A stretch of 62,016 nt of DNA, the filler included, from Choristocarpus tenellus KU-1152 (taxonomy: Eukaryota; Protista; Phaeophyceae): the NCBI GenBank assembly GCA_964200185.2. It is 11 parts of 11 records of this genome, joined end to end, with 100 filler letters (N's around TTAATTAATTAA, not from the genome) between each part and the next. Parts side by side here need not be neighbours in the genome. Positions count along the whole stretch, not along the records: positions 33,300 to 42,060 come from CAXNAD020004356.1; positions 42,161 to 46,811 come from CAXNAD020013630.1; positions 46,912 to 50,971 come from CAXNAD020016423.1; 8 more parts are not named here. One strand, given 5' to 3'. Of this stretch, positions 40,884 to 50,971 are shown one piece after another. A program made the translations under genes and the position numbers. The notes under the pieces were generated by a model, which did no database searches, was not told the origin of the DNA, and worked only from the letters and a program-made list of their open reading frames with translations. Numbering within the stretch: the stretch's first letter is position 1; each line of letters begins with the position of its first letter.

Positions 40884-42875
40884 TGGATCTGAATCAGCAC
40901 CCCTAATCCCTATACGAAATATGGCTACAAAATCTACTAATGCAAGTTCTAATGCAATTATGGTATACCCTGCCTATGAATTGCCTGTGGATCCTCTAGG
41001 TGAAATCACTAGAGTGGCAATTGACTTTAAGTTCTTTGCAAGCTCCATCAATGTTTTTCCAGTAATTGATATGGAAGTTCTTCCCAAAGCCCAACATCAT
41101 CGGTTTGGAGCATATTTTCAATACTTGGCAGACCCAAGTAATGCAACATCACCCAATAAGGAAATAGCCTACACCATGACATATTTATTCACTCAAGAAC
41201 GAGAGAACAAACTTTTACTCTATTAGTCTACCCAACCTGATCATCTTCGAAAAAAATGGAGAATTTCGCGATCAGTTAGTAGCCTCAACAGAGGTTCAGG
41301 GTTTATTTTTACATGCCCTACATGACCATAAAGTTGCATGCCATCTTGCTTTCAAACACACATTTGACCAGGTTCGAGATAGGTGTTTGTGGCCAACCTT
41401 ACATAAAGATGTGAGGAAGTGGTGTGAAACTTGCCAGTCCTCTCAAAGGTGGAAGACTACTCACTACCTGCAGGACATATGCCTGTCACACCCCCATTTC
41501 AAAGACTTGCTATTGACCTGGTTAAATAAAAGACCATATCAGACGGTGCAAAATGTGCGTTATCCACAGTAGACTAACTTACAAGGTTCGCAATCTTGGT
41601 TGGCATTGCAAATAGGCAAGAAAAAACCATGGCTAAAGGTCTTGTCGATCTTATTTTTTCCGTCTTTGATCCTCCTAAAACACTCCACTCTGACTTCGGC
41701 AAAGAATTTGAGAAAAAAACCCTGGCTGAGTTGCATATAGTGTATGGATATCATAAAACCAAGACAACAGCATATCGACCACAAGGCAATAGCATATGTG
41801 AACATATTCATTCCATGATGCATGGTATGCTGGTCATGTATGCAAATATGGATCAATCTGACTGGGCCTCACTACTGGCCTCTGTACAGCTAGCACACAA
41901 TACAGACTATAATACCACTGTTCAAGAAACCCCATTTTTTCTCATGTTTTGGAGGTGCCCAATTTTACCCATAGGACCCAAAGTATCTGGGAGGGGGGGG
42001 GGGGGGGCTACACCAAGGGGCCCATTTAGATCGGAAGGGGGTGGGGGGGGGAAAGGGGGGNNNNNNNNNNNNNNNNNNNNNNNNNNNNNNNNNNNNNNNN
42101 NNNNTTAATTAATTAANNNNNNNNNNNNNNNNNNNNNNNNNNNNNNNNNNNNNNNNNNNNTGTTTTATGTTGAATTTAAAAGGATTGAAATAAAAAGAGT
42201 TTCTTTACAAAAAAGGGCCCCCCCCCCCCAAACCCCCCCCCCCCCCCCCCCCCCAGATACTTTATGTCCTCACCTCATCACGACATCTTGGGAAAAAAGG
42301 AATAAGAGTGTGATGTCATTCAACATTTACATGATGGTGTATGCATGCATTGCATCATTTTTTCTTGTTTCTAAATCAGTTGGTCTGCAGTTCAACATAC
42401 CGCCTAAGTCACTACGAAGGAAGCACTGAACTAAATACATCCAAATGGAAGTAGGACTCACCAATAAAATAACGAACATTAACCCAAAAGTACACCAAAT
42501 AAAAAATGAACATGCATGTGTACAGAGAGCAAACATACCTACATACCTACTATTTCTGCACTGAATGTTAGGATCAGGTTGTAGGAACTTCAATTTATGA
42601 ACAGGTGAATCAACCCAGACATCTTACATCACAAAACACTGATGGGATTACTCTACTGCTCAGAGTGGGTGCAGCGTTGTGTACCCTAAACTAAAGCATA
42701 AGCATGACTAAATACCTACAGTAGTCAGGGCTACATAACCGACATAACTGGGCATGTTCCAGTAACTATAGTCAGATACTGTGGGATAGCCCAAACCAAA
42801 ATAATGCAAGGACACAATACTCCACCCACTGAATCATTGTGACCAGGTCACTGTTATTCCTAGCCTTCAGACCTA

Positions 42876-45065
42876 TCAATCCGTCCATCCAAAGAGCATT
42901 TGATGGTCTCCTTGAGCAGTCCCTGACTGCTCTACCTGGTGGACAGAAGCACTAGTAGAAGTTGTGGGAGCAGAAGTTGGAACTTCATCTGTGTGCGATT
43001 TGCCGCTAGGTTCCAGCCAACTGAAGTCCAGATCATCGTCCTCATTGAGCACACCCAAATATATATTGGATTCATTCCGAGTCACCCCTGAGTCATGGTT
43101 TTGGGTTCCTCCTGTGGGCATCTCAATTGAGGAGGTGAGGTTGAGCCTCTGTGCATTGGGCACAGTCCTGCCACTGCCTCCTGCAACAAATGTCTGAAGG
43201 ACACTGGACTCTCCTCTCGCTGCTGCCTGATCTACCCTGGCGTCAAGCATGCATCGCTGGATGTTCATCTGTGCTTGCATCTGTAGCTGGAGCATTCGTG
43301 TCTCAAAGTCAAGGCTAATTTCCCCCCCTTCAGTCATTGTACCTGATGCCATCGTTGCTCGAGACTTAGCACCTGCAGTTTCTGTGACCATCAAGTCTGT
43401 GCCAGCATTGATCCCACTCCTTCTGCCACCTACTCTGCCCCCAACACTACCGCCACCCTGCCCCCCACTTCCTCCCTCAGTCCTAGCGCCTGCCCAGCCA
43501 CCGTTCCCACCCATCCACCCAACATCTTCCAGGCGAGGCTGAATCCCTACGAGAGGAAATGCACTGGACATGTAGCTCCTTCCTCGCAACCCTGTCCCCC
43601 CGTGCTCTCCAGGGAGGATCTTTTGACTAGCTACCTGAGCAGCCACCGCAGCCCCCAAGACACCTGCATCTTGTATCTCCCCTGTGTTGGCCCTCTCAGT
43701 TAGGAACTCTTGCCCCTCAGAGAACAGAGGAGGTACTGTCTGTATTGCCACCTTATCTCTTGCCACTCCTGCAACTAGCTCTGCCCCACCCACTTGTGCT
43801 GTTGAAGCAACTGACCCATCCCCCAATCTCACTGCAGTTGCCCCCTCCTCCCTACCTTTCACCATTCCTCCAGTTGTTCCAATTTCTACTGCTGCCCCCA
43901 TGCTTATCCCTCGTCGGACTTCCATCCCCTTACTATCTTCTCTCGGTTGTGATCCAGTCTTCATTGTGCTAGAATCAGCATCCACTGTAGTGTCATTCTT
44001 CCCCCCAACAGACTTAACACACTTTTCCTTGTCCGTAGTACCCTTCAGCTGTTTCTGGATCTCCATCAAATCTTGCAAATGCTTGTGAAACTCCAACTGC
44101 ATTTTTATCCCCTTGGACAATAGGTCCATGTGTGTCTGCAGGAGCACATTTCTATCATTGCTGGTAGGATCTCCCAATCTATCGGCACTATCGGTAGCCC
44201 CCGCAGCTGCAGTAGTCCTCATCTCATCCTTTCCCCCTTCACCCTGGTCACATCCACATCCACTACTGGAGCCCTGCGACCCAAAATCATCGTTACGATT
44301 ACATCCAACACTCCCCTCACTCTCACCCCTATCTCCAGCTTTCAGATCAAAACTTGTTCCTTCCTGGGTGCTACCAGGGGTTCCCGCACCCACTGCCGAC
44401 GATTCTCGCTCCCTGCTGTTGCCTGCATGGCAGATGCAGGGCGTCCCACAACCCTTTGCAGACGATAAATTGGTCTCTTCTTTCAAAATGACTGGATCAA
44501 TTCCTATGGAACCCTGCACCGCAGCCACAGAGGCCGCTCTTATGGCGGCAGCGGCAGAACCCCCCCCGGCCCTGGTAGCATCCAAATGGGTAAGGTACCC
44601 ATAGCTCTTGAGGAATTCTTCTCGCGATCTCTGCCTGTGTAATCTGTATTTTTGCAAATGGCTTTTGATGTGCTCCGAGGAAAGACCACCCATAACTGGC
44701 ATCATTTCGAGCAGAAGCTTTGGAGATGCACATTTGAGACCGATGTCAAAGACAGCCGCTACAAAGTCTTGATGAAGAGGTTCAGACCAGACGAACCTCT
44801 TTTTGGACCGGGAGTCCTTGCTCGATCCAGACCCAGACCTAGACCCACCCATCATAGTAGCGTGAGACCCTTCAGATGACCCTTCCACAGATGCATCGCT
44901 GTGAACAACACCATCCTTTGCTACCTTGCTGCTGCCCTCGTCCCCACCTGAGCCCTCCGACCGTTGCGATTGCTTGCGTTTCTTGCTCAAGGTTGTCCGT
45001 AAGGATTCCACTTTCATGGCGCATTCGACATCACACGTCGCCTCCTTGGGTAATCGCATGCTCAT
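42876..45065 (-). CDS. GARP/G2-like MYB (SHAQKYF class) transcription factor with coiled coil, PHR1/PSR1-like
   Basis: Uninterrupted ORF of more than 2 kb. KKRFVWSEPLHQDFVAAV...SPKLLLEMM...LSSEHIKSHLQKYRL is the GARP motif, and IKMQLEFHKHLQDLMEIQKQL resembles the MYB-CC LHEQLE coiled coil. The first ATG is at 45065; the track start at 45152 is GTG. Confidence 0.9.
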   Translation of the reverse strand: MSMRLPKEATCDVECAMKVESLRTTLSKKRKQSQRSEGSGGDEGSSKVAKDGVVHSDASVEGSSEGSHATMMGGSRSGSGSSKDSRSKKRFVWSEPLHQDFVAAVFDIGLKCASPKLLLEMMPVMGGLSSEHIKSHLQKYRLHRQRSREEFLKSYGYLTHLDATRAGGGSAAAAIRAASVAAVQGSIGIDPVILKEETNLSSAKGCGTPCICHAGNSRERESSAVGAGTPGSTQEGTSFDLKAGDRGESEGSVGCNRNDDFGSQGSSSGCGCDQGEGGKDEMRTTAAAGATDSADRLGDPTSNDRNVLLQTHMDLLSKGIKMQLEFHKHLQDLMEIQKQLKGTTDKEKCVKSVGGKNDTTVDADSSTMKTGSQPREDSKGMEVRRGISMGAAVEIGTTGGMVKGREEGATAVRLGDGSVASTAQVGGAELVAGVARDKVAIQTVPPLFSEGQEFLTERANTGEIQDAGVLGAAVAAQVASQKILPGEHGGTGLRGRSYMSSAFPLVGIQPRLEDVGWMGGNGGWAGARTEGGSGGQGGGSVGGRVGGRRSGINAGTDLMVTETAGAKSRATMASGTMTEGGEISLDFETRMLQLQMQAQMNIQRCMLDARVDQAAARGESSVLQTFVAGGSGRTVPNAQRLNLTSSIEMPTGGTQNHDSGVTRNESNIYLGVLNEDDDLDFSWLEPSGKSHTDEVPTSAPTTSTSASVHQVEQSGTAQGDHQMLFGWTD

Positions 45066-45734
45066 CTGAGTGCAGTCGTGAAGGTGGCCTGGACCGTCTG
45101 GTCCGAGAACACAAAGCGATTGAGGGTGGCAGAAAGTCAACCTCAATGACACAGAGAGTCCAAAATCAGCTATGCCAGAGAGGCTTGGGACTAAGCTCTT
45201 TGTTGCACCTTTACATCTTGTTGAAAAGAGGTGGAAATAGGAACAAGGTTTCGCCCGACATGCGAAGGGGAGGAGAAAACTCTTAGAAGGGGTTGACTGG
45301 GGTTGAAGTGATCGTGGCAGAAGAGCGTCTCCCCACTATTATCGAAGGTAGGCAACCATACATTCCCAAACACACCTTTCCATTACCTCCTTCAATTTCT
45401 ATGAGTGTAAGTTCTGATAGAACCGGCGAGAGGGGCGCGGGATAATAGACTACTTTGTTATGGTGATAGCCTCAAACACGCATGACCATGTTAAACCAAC
45501 TACAACAATATTGTAATAAGGACGGCACATTTTTACTACTTGAAGTATAGTACTCATGGGTATGTACTGTAGCATACACCTATATGCCTGTTAGTGTTTA
45601 CAGTGGTGATGAACAGACTTTTGATAATATTATTAACACATTTTTTAGTGAAGTGGAAAGGGGTGTCATATAACTTTTTTCGAGGGGATTTTCGTCCTTA
45701 CACGTCACACTACTAACCCTTGACTGCATAGTAC

Positions 45735-46565
45735 AAACTATTGTGGTAGGGGGGAGAGGAGCTGAAGGATACAGCAGGAAAGGAAAAGTTAAATCCCAAC
45801 TACGCCAAAATGTCTCGGTAACTGCGCAAGTGGCGCTGTCTAGACGTGTCATCGTGCGTTTTAAGTTGGAATCACCAGGGAGATGGGCATGGAGGGGCTT
45901 ATTGGATTCTTGGGATGGATGCCTCCCTAGCTCCTCCCCCCGGGGTACAGGTACAGGTAGATTGGAGGCACAGGAAGGCAGTAGGTACAACATGGTGGGG
46001 AAGTAATAAATAGATTAGTGTCTAACATATATTACATTATATTTCTTTAGGGCTTATACTGACAATGTGTATAGTTTTCACTGGTTTCCTCCCTGACAAA
46101 TCTGGAAAATGTCAGAGGTCATAATAATAAAATATAGAAAGTGTCAGGGACAGGTCACCTTATTTGGGATCTCCGACATTGATGAGGATAATACGCGCGG
46201 TCATATACATTTTCACGCGTCACTTTTTTCAATTGAGAACAGGGCAAGTGATGTGTTGTGGGTCAGACGCACGACTGGCATGCGGTAACCCCAACATGAA
46301 TGGTGGATTCAAACCAGCAAAGCCCGAGATTGTGTTTTCTGTTCTAGCTGGTCGCAACCAATCACATTGAAGATTGATCCACATGGCACTCTGCATGCCT
46401 CAGTCTCATCTTCCACCTCCTTTCTGAACCTCATCTCTGATGGTTCTCATCACCCCCCATCAAACAGAACCAGGTCCCATTACATTGGTACTCACGCCGG
46501 GGTCCGAACCCGGGACCTCGACTTTATCAGACCCTTCACACAGAACCAATTCACATTACAAGAGC
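45735..46565 (-). mobile_element. Long tRNA-derived SINE, most complete copy in the window
   Basis: A tRNA-like head at 46565-46486 is followed by a body that recurs at 7487-7845, 10695-11460 and 11740-12160. Confidence 0.7.
46486..46565 (-). pseudogene. Degenerate tRNA-like sequence (SINE head; Ile-like, GAT in loop)
   Basis: GCTCTTGTAATGTGAATTGGTT...CTGATAA...GAGGTCCCGGGTTCGGACCCCGGCGTGAGTACCA shows a T-arm/B-box, a partly paired acceptor stem and terminal CCA. Confidence 0.65.
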
Positions 46566-46923
46566 ATGTTTATTTGGGTCTGTTATTATACCGTTATTGC
46601 ATATGCATATACCGATATACCGATTGAGGTTGTGTTCTGGGAGCTTAGGTTCAACTGTGTGGAGGATATTCTGAGTGATATATTTCCGTGTCTTCCTGCA
46701 ATGTCTCCCCTCTCCCCCCCTCCCCCCCCCCCCCCTCCCCCCCCCTTTTTTTTTTTTTTTTTAGTTTCTTTTTTACGAAAACTTCTTCTATCTCTTCGGT
46801 CATTTTTTTTTNNNNNNNNNNNNNNNNNNNNNNNNNNNNNNNNNNNNNNNNNNNNTTAATTAATTAANNNNNNNNNNNNNNNNNNNNNNNNNNNNNNNNN
46901 NNNNNNNNNNNGGCAAAACCTAC

Positions 46924-47957
46924 CTCTTTGTTCGCGGTGTAGATCACAATTGTGGACTTGTGAGGCATGAACTGCCCGTATGTATCAGCCCAGTAGTCTA
47001 TCCAGGACATCACCAGGTCTCACTTCGGAGCCATGTCCTTGACTTTGTTCGTGCCGTTCCTGTTCCAGTAGCGCACGTATGTATATAAATGGATGAAAGA
47101 TATGTTGGAGGTGGATACAAGGGACGGGGGATGGAATCCTAGAGGGATCCTATGCCAGCAGCGGATCTCTAATTCTGTAGATATTTACGCGTGGTAACTG
47201 CTGCAACAGCGCGGGGACGGCCGAGTGAGATGATATTGTTGAAGCATAAATAAACATATCGCACGTGTATATACACACATAGGTAACACCTAACTCCACG
47301 CTGGAGGAATCTCTAACTTTGTACATCAGACATCTAGGCGTGGTAACTGCAAAGTGAATGTGGCGAGTACGGTCGGATTACATTGTTCTGAGATAGGACT
47401 ACTGTTCAATCATCAAGCAGGGGGAAATATATACCGGGTACAAATAACACTGTGTACATACATCAAACCCACCTCTCCATGCCGGTGGATGCTCTTGTGT
47501 TAGGTGTGCCTTTGCAAGCGTCGATGACATGATTAGATATTCCGAACGATGTCTTGAAAAACTGCGTACAGGCGGGAATGCCGACCGCGAGCATAGATCC
47601 TCCTCCAGGTCCCAACTTAATCACAGGTACACGGTCGCCAACGAAGTGCTTGCAATCGTGGCGGTTCTCACATACCCGGATGTTGTCCGTCTCTCTGGCC
47701 AACGTGCGTGCAAGGAAGGACTCACTATCTGCTGCAAACTTGTTCACACAGGCTAAGCGCTTGCAGCAGTCACCCTGTTTGTTGACCAGGATGGGTTGAG
47801 CCCATCCTCAGCGAAGTTTGGCGCCGGTCGCTGAAGAGTCATTGGTAGAAATCTCCAGCGCATCCAGCGCATCATTGTTGGCGGGCTGGTGAGGGGGCAA
47901 CACAGGGGGCGACACAGGCGACAAAAGCCACCCCCTTGCTGTAGAAGCAACTGTCAT
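46924..47957 (-). pseudogene. Sola2-like DNA transposase, 5' part (exons 47957-47473, 47059-46924), with two TGA stops
   Basis: The spliced translation has CCKRLACVNKF, ACTQFFKTSFGIS and SWIDYWADTYGQFMPH...K, the N-terminal motif series I recognise from Sola2 transposases. Junctions are phase-compatible GT-AG. The catalytic domain lies beyond the scaffold end. Confidence 0.65.
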
Positions 47958-48051
47958 GGTGTTTTCGGGCAACAGGCGGTCTTGGGCAGTGAGAAGGTGT
48001 AGGAGTGATTAGATTCGAAGGTGGGCGTGTGAACGATGTTTGAGCTCAATG

Positions 48052-49010
48052 CGATCCGTGGGATCACCCTGAGATCCATCATCCTGAAAATCCGTGCATT
48101 ACGGTTTTCGGAAGTTGTAAATCCGATTATATCTGTACATACATTTTTTTTAAATACAACGCACGCACTTAATTGATCTTGTACGTTTCCAATGTTCCGA
48201 AACCAACCTTTTTTTAGCTCCGGCCGATCCGTGGGACCACCCCGAGATCCATGATCCGGAAAATCCGTGCATTACGGTTTTCGGAAGTTAAAATTCCGAT
48301 TATATCCATACTTACAATTTTTGAAAATACAAAGCATATACTTCATTGATCTTGTACGTTTCCAATGTTCAGAAACCAAAAGGTAAAAAAAAAACTGGCA
48401 CCCTCCAATTGTTTTAGGTACAAAATCTTAAATTGTTGGACATTTGCATTCTTAAAAATACTAGAGACGACAAAAAGCGGTTCTTGAGTTTTGGTGATCC
48501 CTTGAACACCGAAAACACGTGCATTAGGAATTTTAGAAATAGTAAATCCAGTAATAACCGTTCTTACAATTTTTGAAAATACAAAGCACGCACTTTATGG
48601 GTCTCACACGTTTCAAATTTTCAGAAACTAAAAGGTCACTTTCAACTGGTACCTTATAATTTATTTAAATACTAAAGCCGCTTTTTGGCGACTTTAGTAT
48701 TCTTAAAAATAATAGAGACGACAAAAAGCGGATCTAGAGTCTTAAAGATCCGATCGGATCGCCTAAACCCTTGAAGACCCAAAACACGTGCGTTAGGGTT
48801 TTTACTAAATATTAATAATATTCTAATCTTTACATCAACAAATACAAATAAAACCACATCCTTCATTGATCCAATACGTTTGAAACGTATGAAACGAAAA
48901 GGTCACATAAAACTGTTCTCTTTTCAATATGAAATCGTATGCTGTCCAATAATCGTATTTTTTATAACACAATTATCAACGGAAAGACAAATCTGAGTTT
49001 TTAGGACCGA
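48052..49010. repeat. Degenerate tandem array of about 4 units (periods ~173, ~252, ~269 bp) between divergent genes
   Basis: CGATCCGTGGGA at 48052 and 48225; CGTGC(A/G)TTA four times; AGAGACGACAAAAAGCGG at ~48462 and ~48714. Confidence 0.9.
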
Positions 49011-49133
49011 CCGACCAGATGAAATAAAGCAGCACCTCCCAGCCCTTAGTCCTTATTTCAATTCCTTCCCCTCCGTACATACCATGCGTACCTGTTATTT
49101 ATCGATCCCCGTCACACCCTCCCTATCTTCGCC

Positions 49134-50779
49134 ATGTCCAGCATTCGCTGAACAACAACCCACCTGCCCGCCGATGGCGCTGCCCACGGATCAAGAACGT
49201 GGTACAGCATGTCCTCGCTCCTACAACAGTACTACCTCGGCACGTGCCAGATGAAACTCGGCAACATCACATGCACGGAGATGGTGCGTCCACTGAGCGA
49301 GCGTGGCCTTGCGCGCGTCAGCAAGTCTATCCACGAGAAAGGCTGGCTGGAGCAGTTTACTCCGTTTGTCGTAATCCAGCGAGACTGCTTAGGCAACGGG
49401 GACCAGCTCATCGCTGAAACTGCGCTTGCCATTCAAGGACGAACACTGGACGGAAACAATAGAATAACGGTGCTGAAGAGAGAATTTGACCCCGAACACG
49501 CTTTCATGATGCGGGTCTACATGGAGTTCAATCAATCAGAAGAGAGGCTAATTGCCAACGGTGGGTGATGGAGTGTTGTCGTTGTTCCATGATCGCCTGA
49601 TGACTCTTCTGATCTACCAAGTTGTTGCCGAGTATCCTTTGTTTGGTTCATCATCAGTCAGCCCATTGATGATCTTTTCGTTTTTGATCTTTTATCCCTC
49701 GTGGTCTTTCTGCCAACAGCAACATGTTGCTCACTACTGCCTGCCGTTTGTGTCCCGCGACAGCTTCCCAACTACCCCTTGTCCCATTCGCCCACTGCAC
49801 CGCCACGCTTATAGCATTGAGCCAAAGTATCTTAGAGGGTACAGCCGTGTCCATATGGGGGTCAAAGTCCAATGTTGCAATTTTGATGTAATTTTGGCTA
49901 TTGTGTGTGTTAGGAAGTGTTAATGTCGATGTTCTGGACACACCTTTTAATAACATACACATTTAACCCACTCCGAAACATTTGGCAAAGGAAAATACAA
50001 TAAAACGTCCACGTGAAGTCAAGCCCCAAATGGACAAACAGGGCAAAACTCGTACCCTCTAAGATACTTTCACTCATTAAACGAGGTGACCGAGAGTGTG
50101 GTTGAGCGCATGCTGTACGATAAGGTATATTTTCCGCACGAGCTCGAAGAAGCTATCAAGCGGCAGACAAAGAAAAAAGAAGTGTCACTAGCAGAGAACC
50201 GCAAAATGTACAAAAAGGTGAGGGAGTTGACAACGTTGGTGGGATGGTGGCGCTCTACTCCTCCTCTAGTTGGGTTATAGCTGTTGTGAAATCTCTCTGT
50301 GTCCTCCTATTCAACCTAAGTCAAGATAGTTATCCCGCGTTTAGGAACCCTGTCAACCAACTTTTTGATTTTCGAGTGACCATGTAGTATGTATATGTGG
50401 TTAACCACAGACAAACAATACAAAGTGTCCTTGTTTGTTTTATCGGCGGTGTTGCCTGGAATCCCCCCCTCCCCCCACTCATACATACCCTGTTGACATG
50501 GTAATACCGATGCCTCATCCTGGATGGCTGGGTGCATAATATTTTTCATTTTCTGCCCATCGCGAAGGTGGGCGTTCCTCCCCTGGCGAAAACAACTCTA
50601 CGAAACTGGAAGTTAGGCGTAAAGTCCCGACCAGAGTCCTTCGAGGTACTGAAGGAAGTGTGTGAGAACTCATCACCACAGGTCGACCGCAACGCAGTCA
50701 CACTGAACTATCTGAGTCGCAAGGAGTTTGCTGGCTTCACTTCTCTCAAGCAGGGGCTATGCATCCATTTGCTTGCTAG
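49134..50779 (+). pseudogene. ParB/Sulfiredoxin-domain plus HTH protein (exons 49134-49560, 49815-50217 minus MITE, 50568-50779), disrupted and 3'-truncated
   Basis: VRPLSERGLARVSKSIHEKGWLEQFTPFVV...LDGNNRITVL matches ParB box I/II (R..l..SI...G...P..V; DGxxR). It continues IANALNEVTESVVER and the HTH-like VSLAENRKMYKKVGVPPLAKTTLRNWK. TGA at codon 6; MITE in exon 2. Confidence 0.7.
49819..50075 (+). mobile_element. MITE family A inserted in exon 2 of the ParB-like gene
   Basis: Full TIRs; flanks (C)ATT/ATT; removing the element restores the reading frame. Confidence 0.92.
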
Positions 50780-50904
50780 GCAAGTCAAACTGCCACTGTG
50801 TTTTATCGTGTAGACAGCAGTAAACGCAATGTGTGCAGGTCGCAGCACATTGCACAGGAACGTGCAATAAGTGTCTCCTACGATGAAGAATGTAGTCGGC
50901 CATT

Positions 50905-50971
50905 GAGCCAAAGTATCTTAGAGGGTAGAGCCGCGTCCATTTGGGGATCAAAATACAATGTTGTGATTTTG
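50905..50971 (+). mobile_element. MITE family A stub at scaffold end; also 51072-51297(-) and 55349-55418(+)
   Basis: GAGCCAAAGTATCTTAGAGGGTAGAGCCG terminus. Confidence 0.88.

Larger units (their letters stand above)
36370..41974 (+). mobile_element. Degenerate Ty3/Gypsy LTR retrotransposon
   Basis: Domain order is gag-like (~36900-37800), protease (38055-38450, ITVDTTT...LGVDNFL), RT (~39690-39950, LVYLGDV), RNase H (40201-40626, HADAS..GTGAFL, DHSAL), HHCC finger (~41320-41450) and integrase core (41596-41974, LHSDFGKEF, TTAYRPQGN). Many stops and frameshifts. The 5' LTR (36372-36566) is tentative. Confidence 0.92.

Noticed and set aside
42964-44879. Plus-strand ORFs overlapping the MYB gene
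   Set aside because: Antisense shadows of a long coding frame.
46486-46565. Functional tRNA-Ile gene
   Set aside because: D and anticodon stems pair poorly, CCA is encoded, and it is fused to a dispersed repeat.
48052-49010. CRISPR or canonical parS array
   Set aside because: Long degenerate units with no repeat-spacer structure and no match to TGTTTCACGTGAAACA.
42876-50971. Functional linkage of the MYB gene to the transposase/ParB pair
   Set aside because: They are separated by the synthetic linker at 46812-46911.
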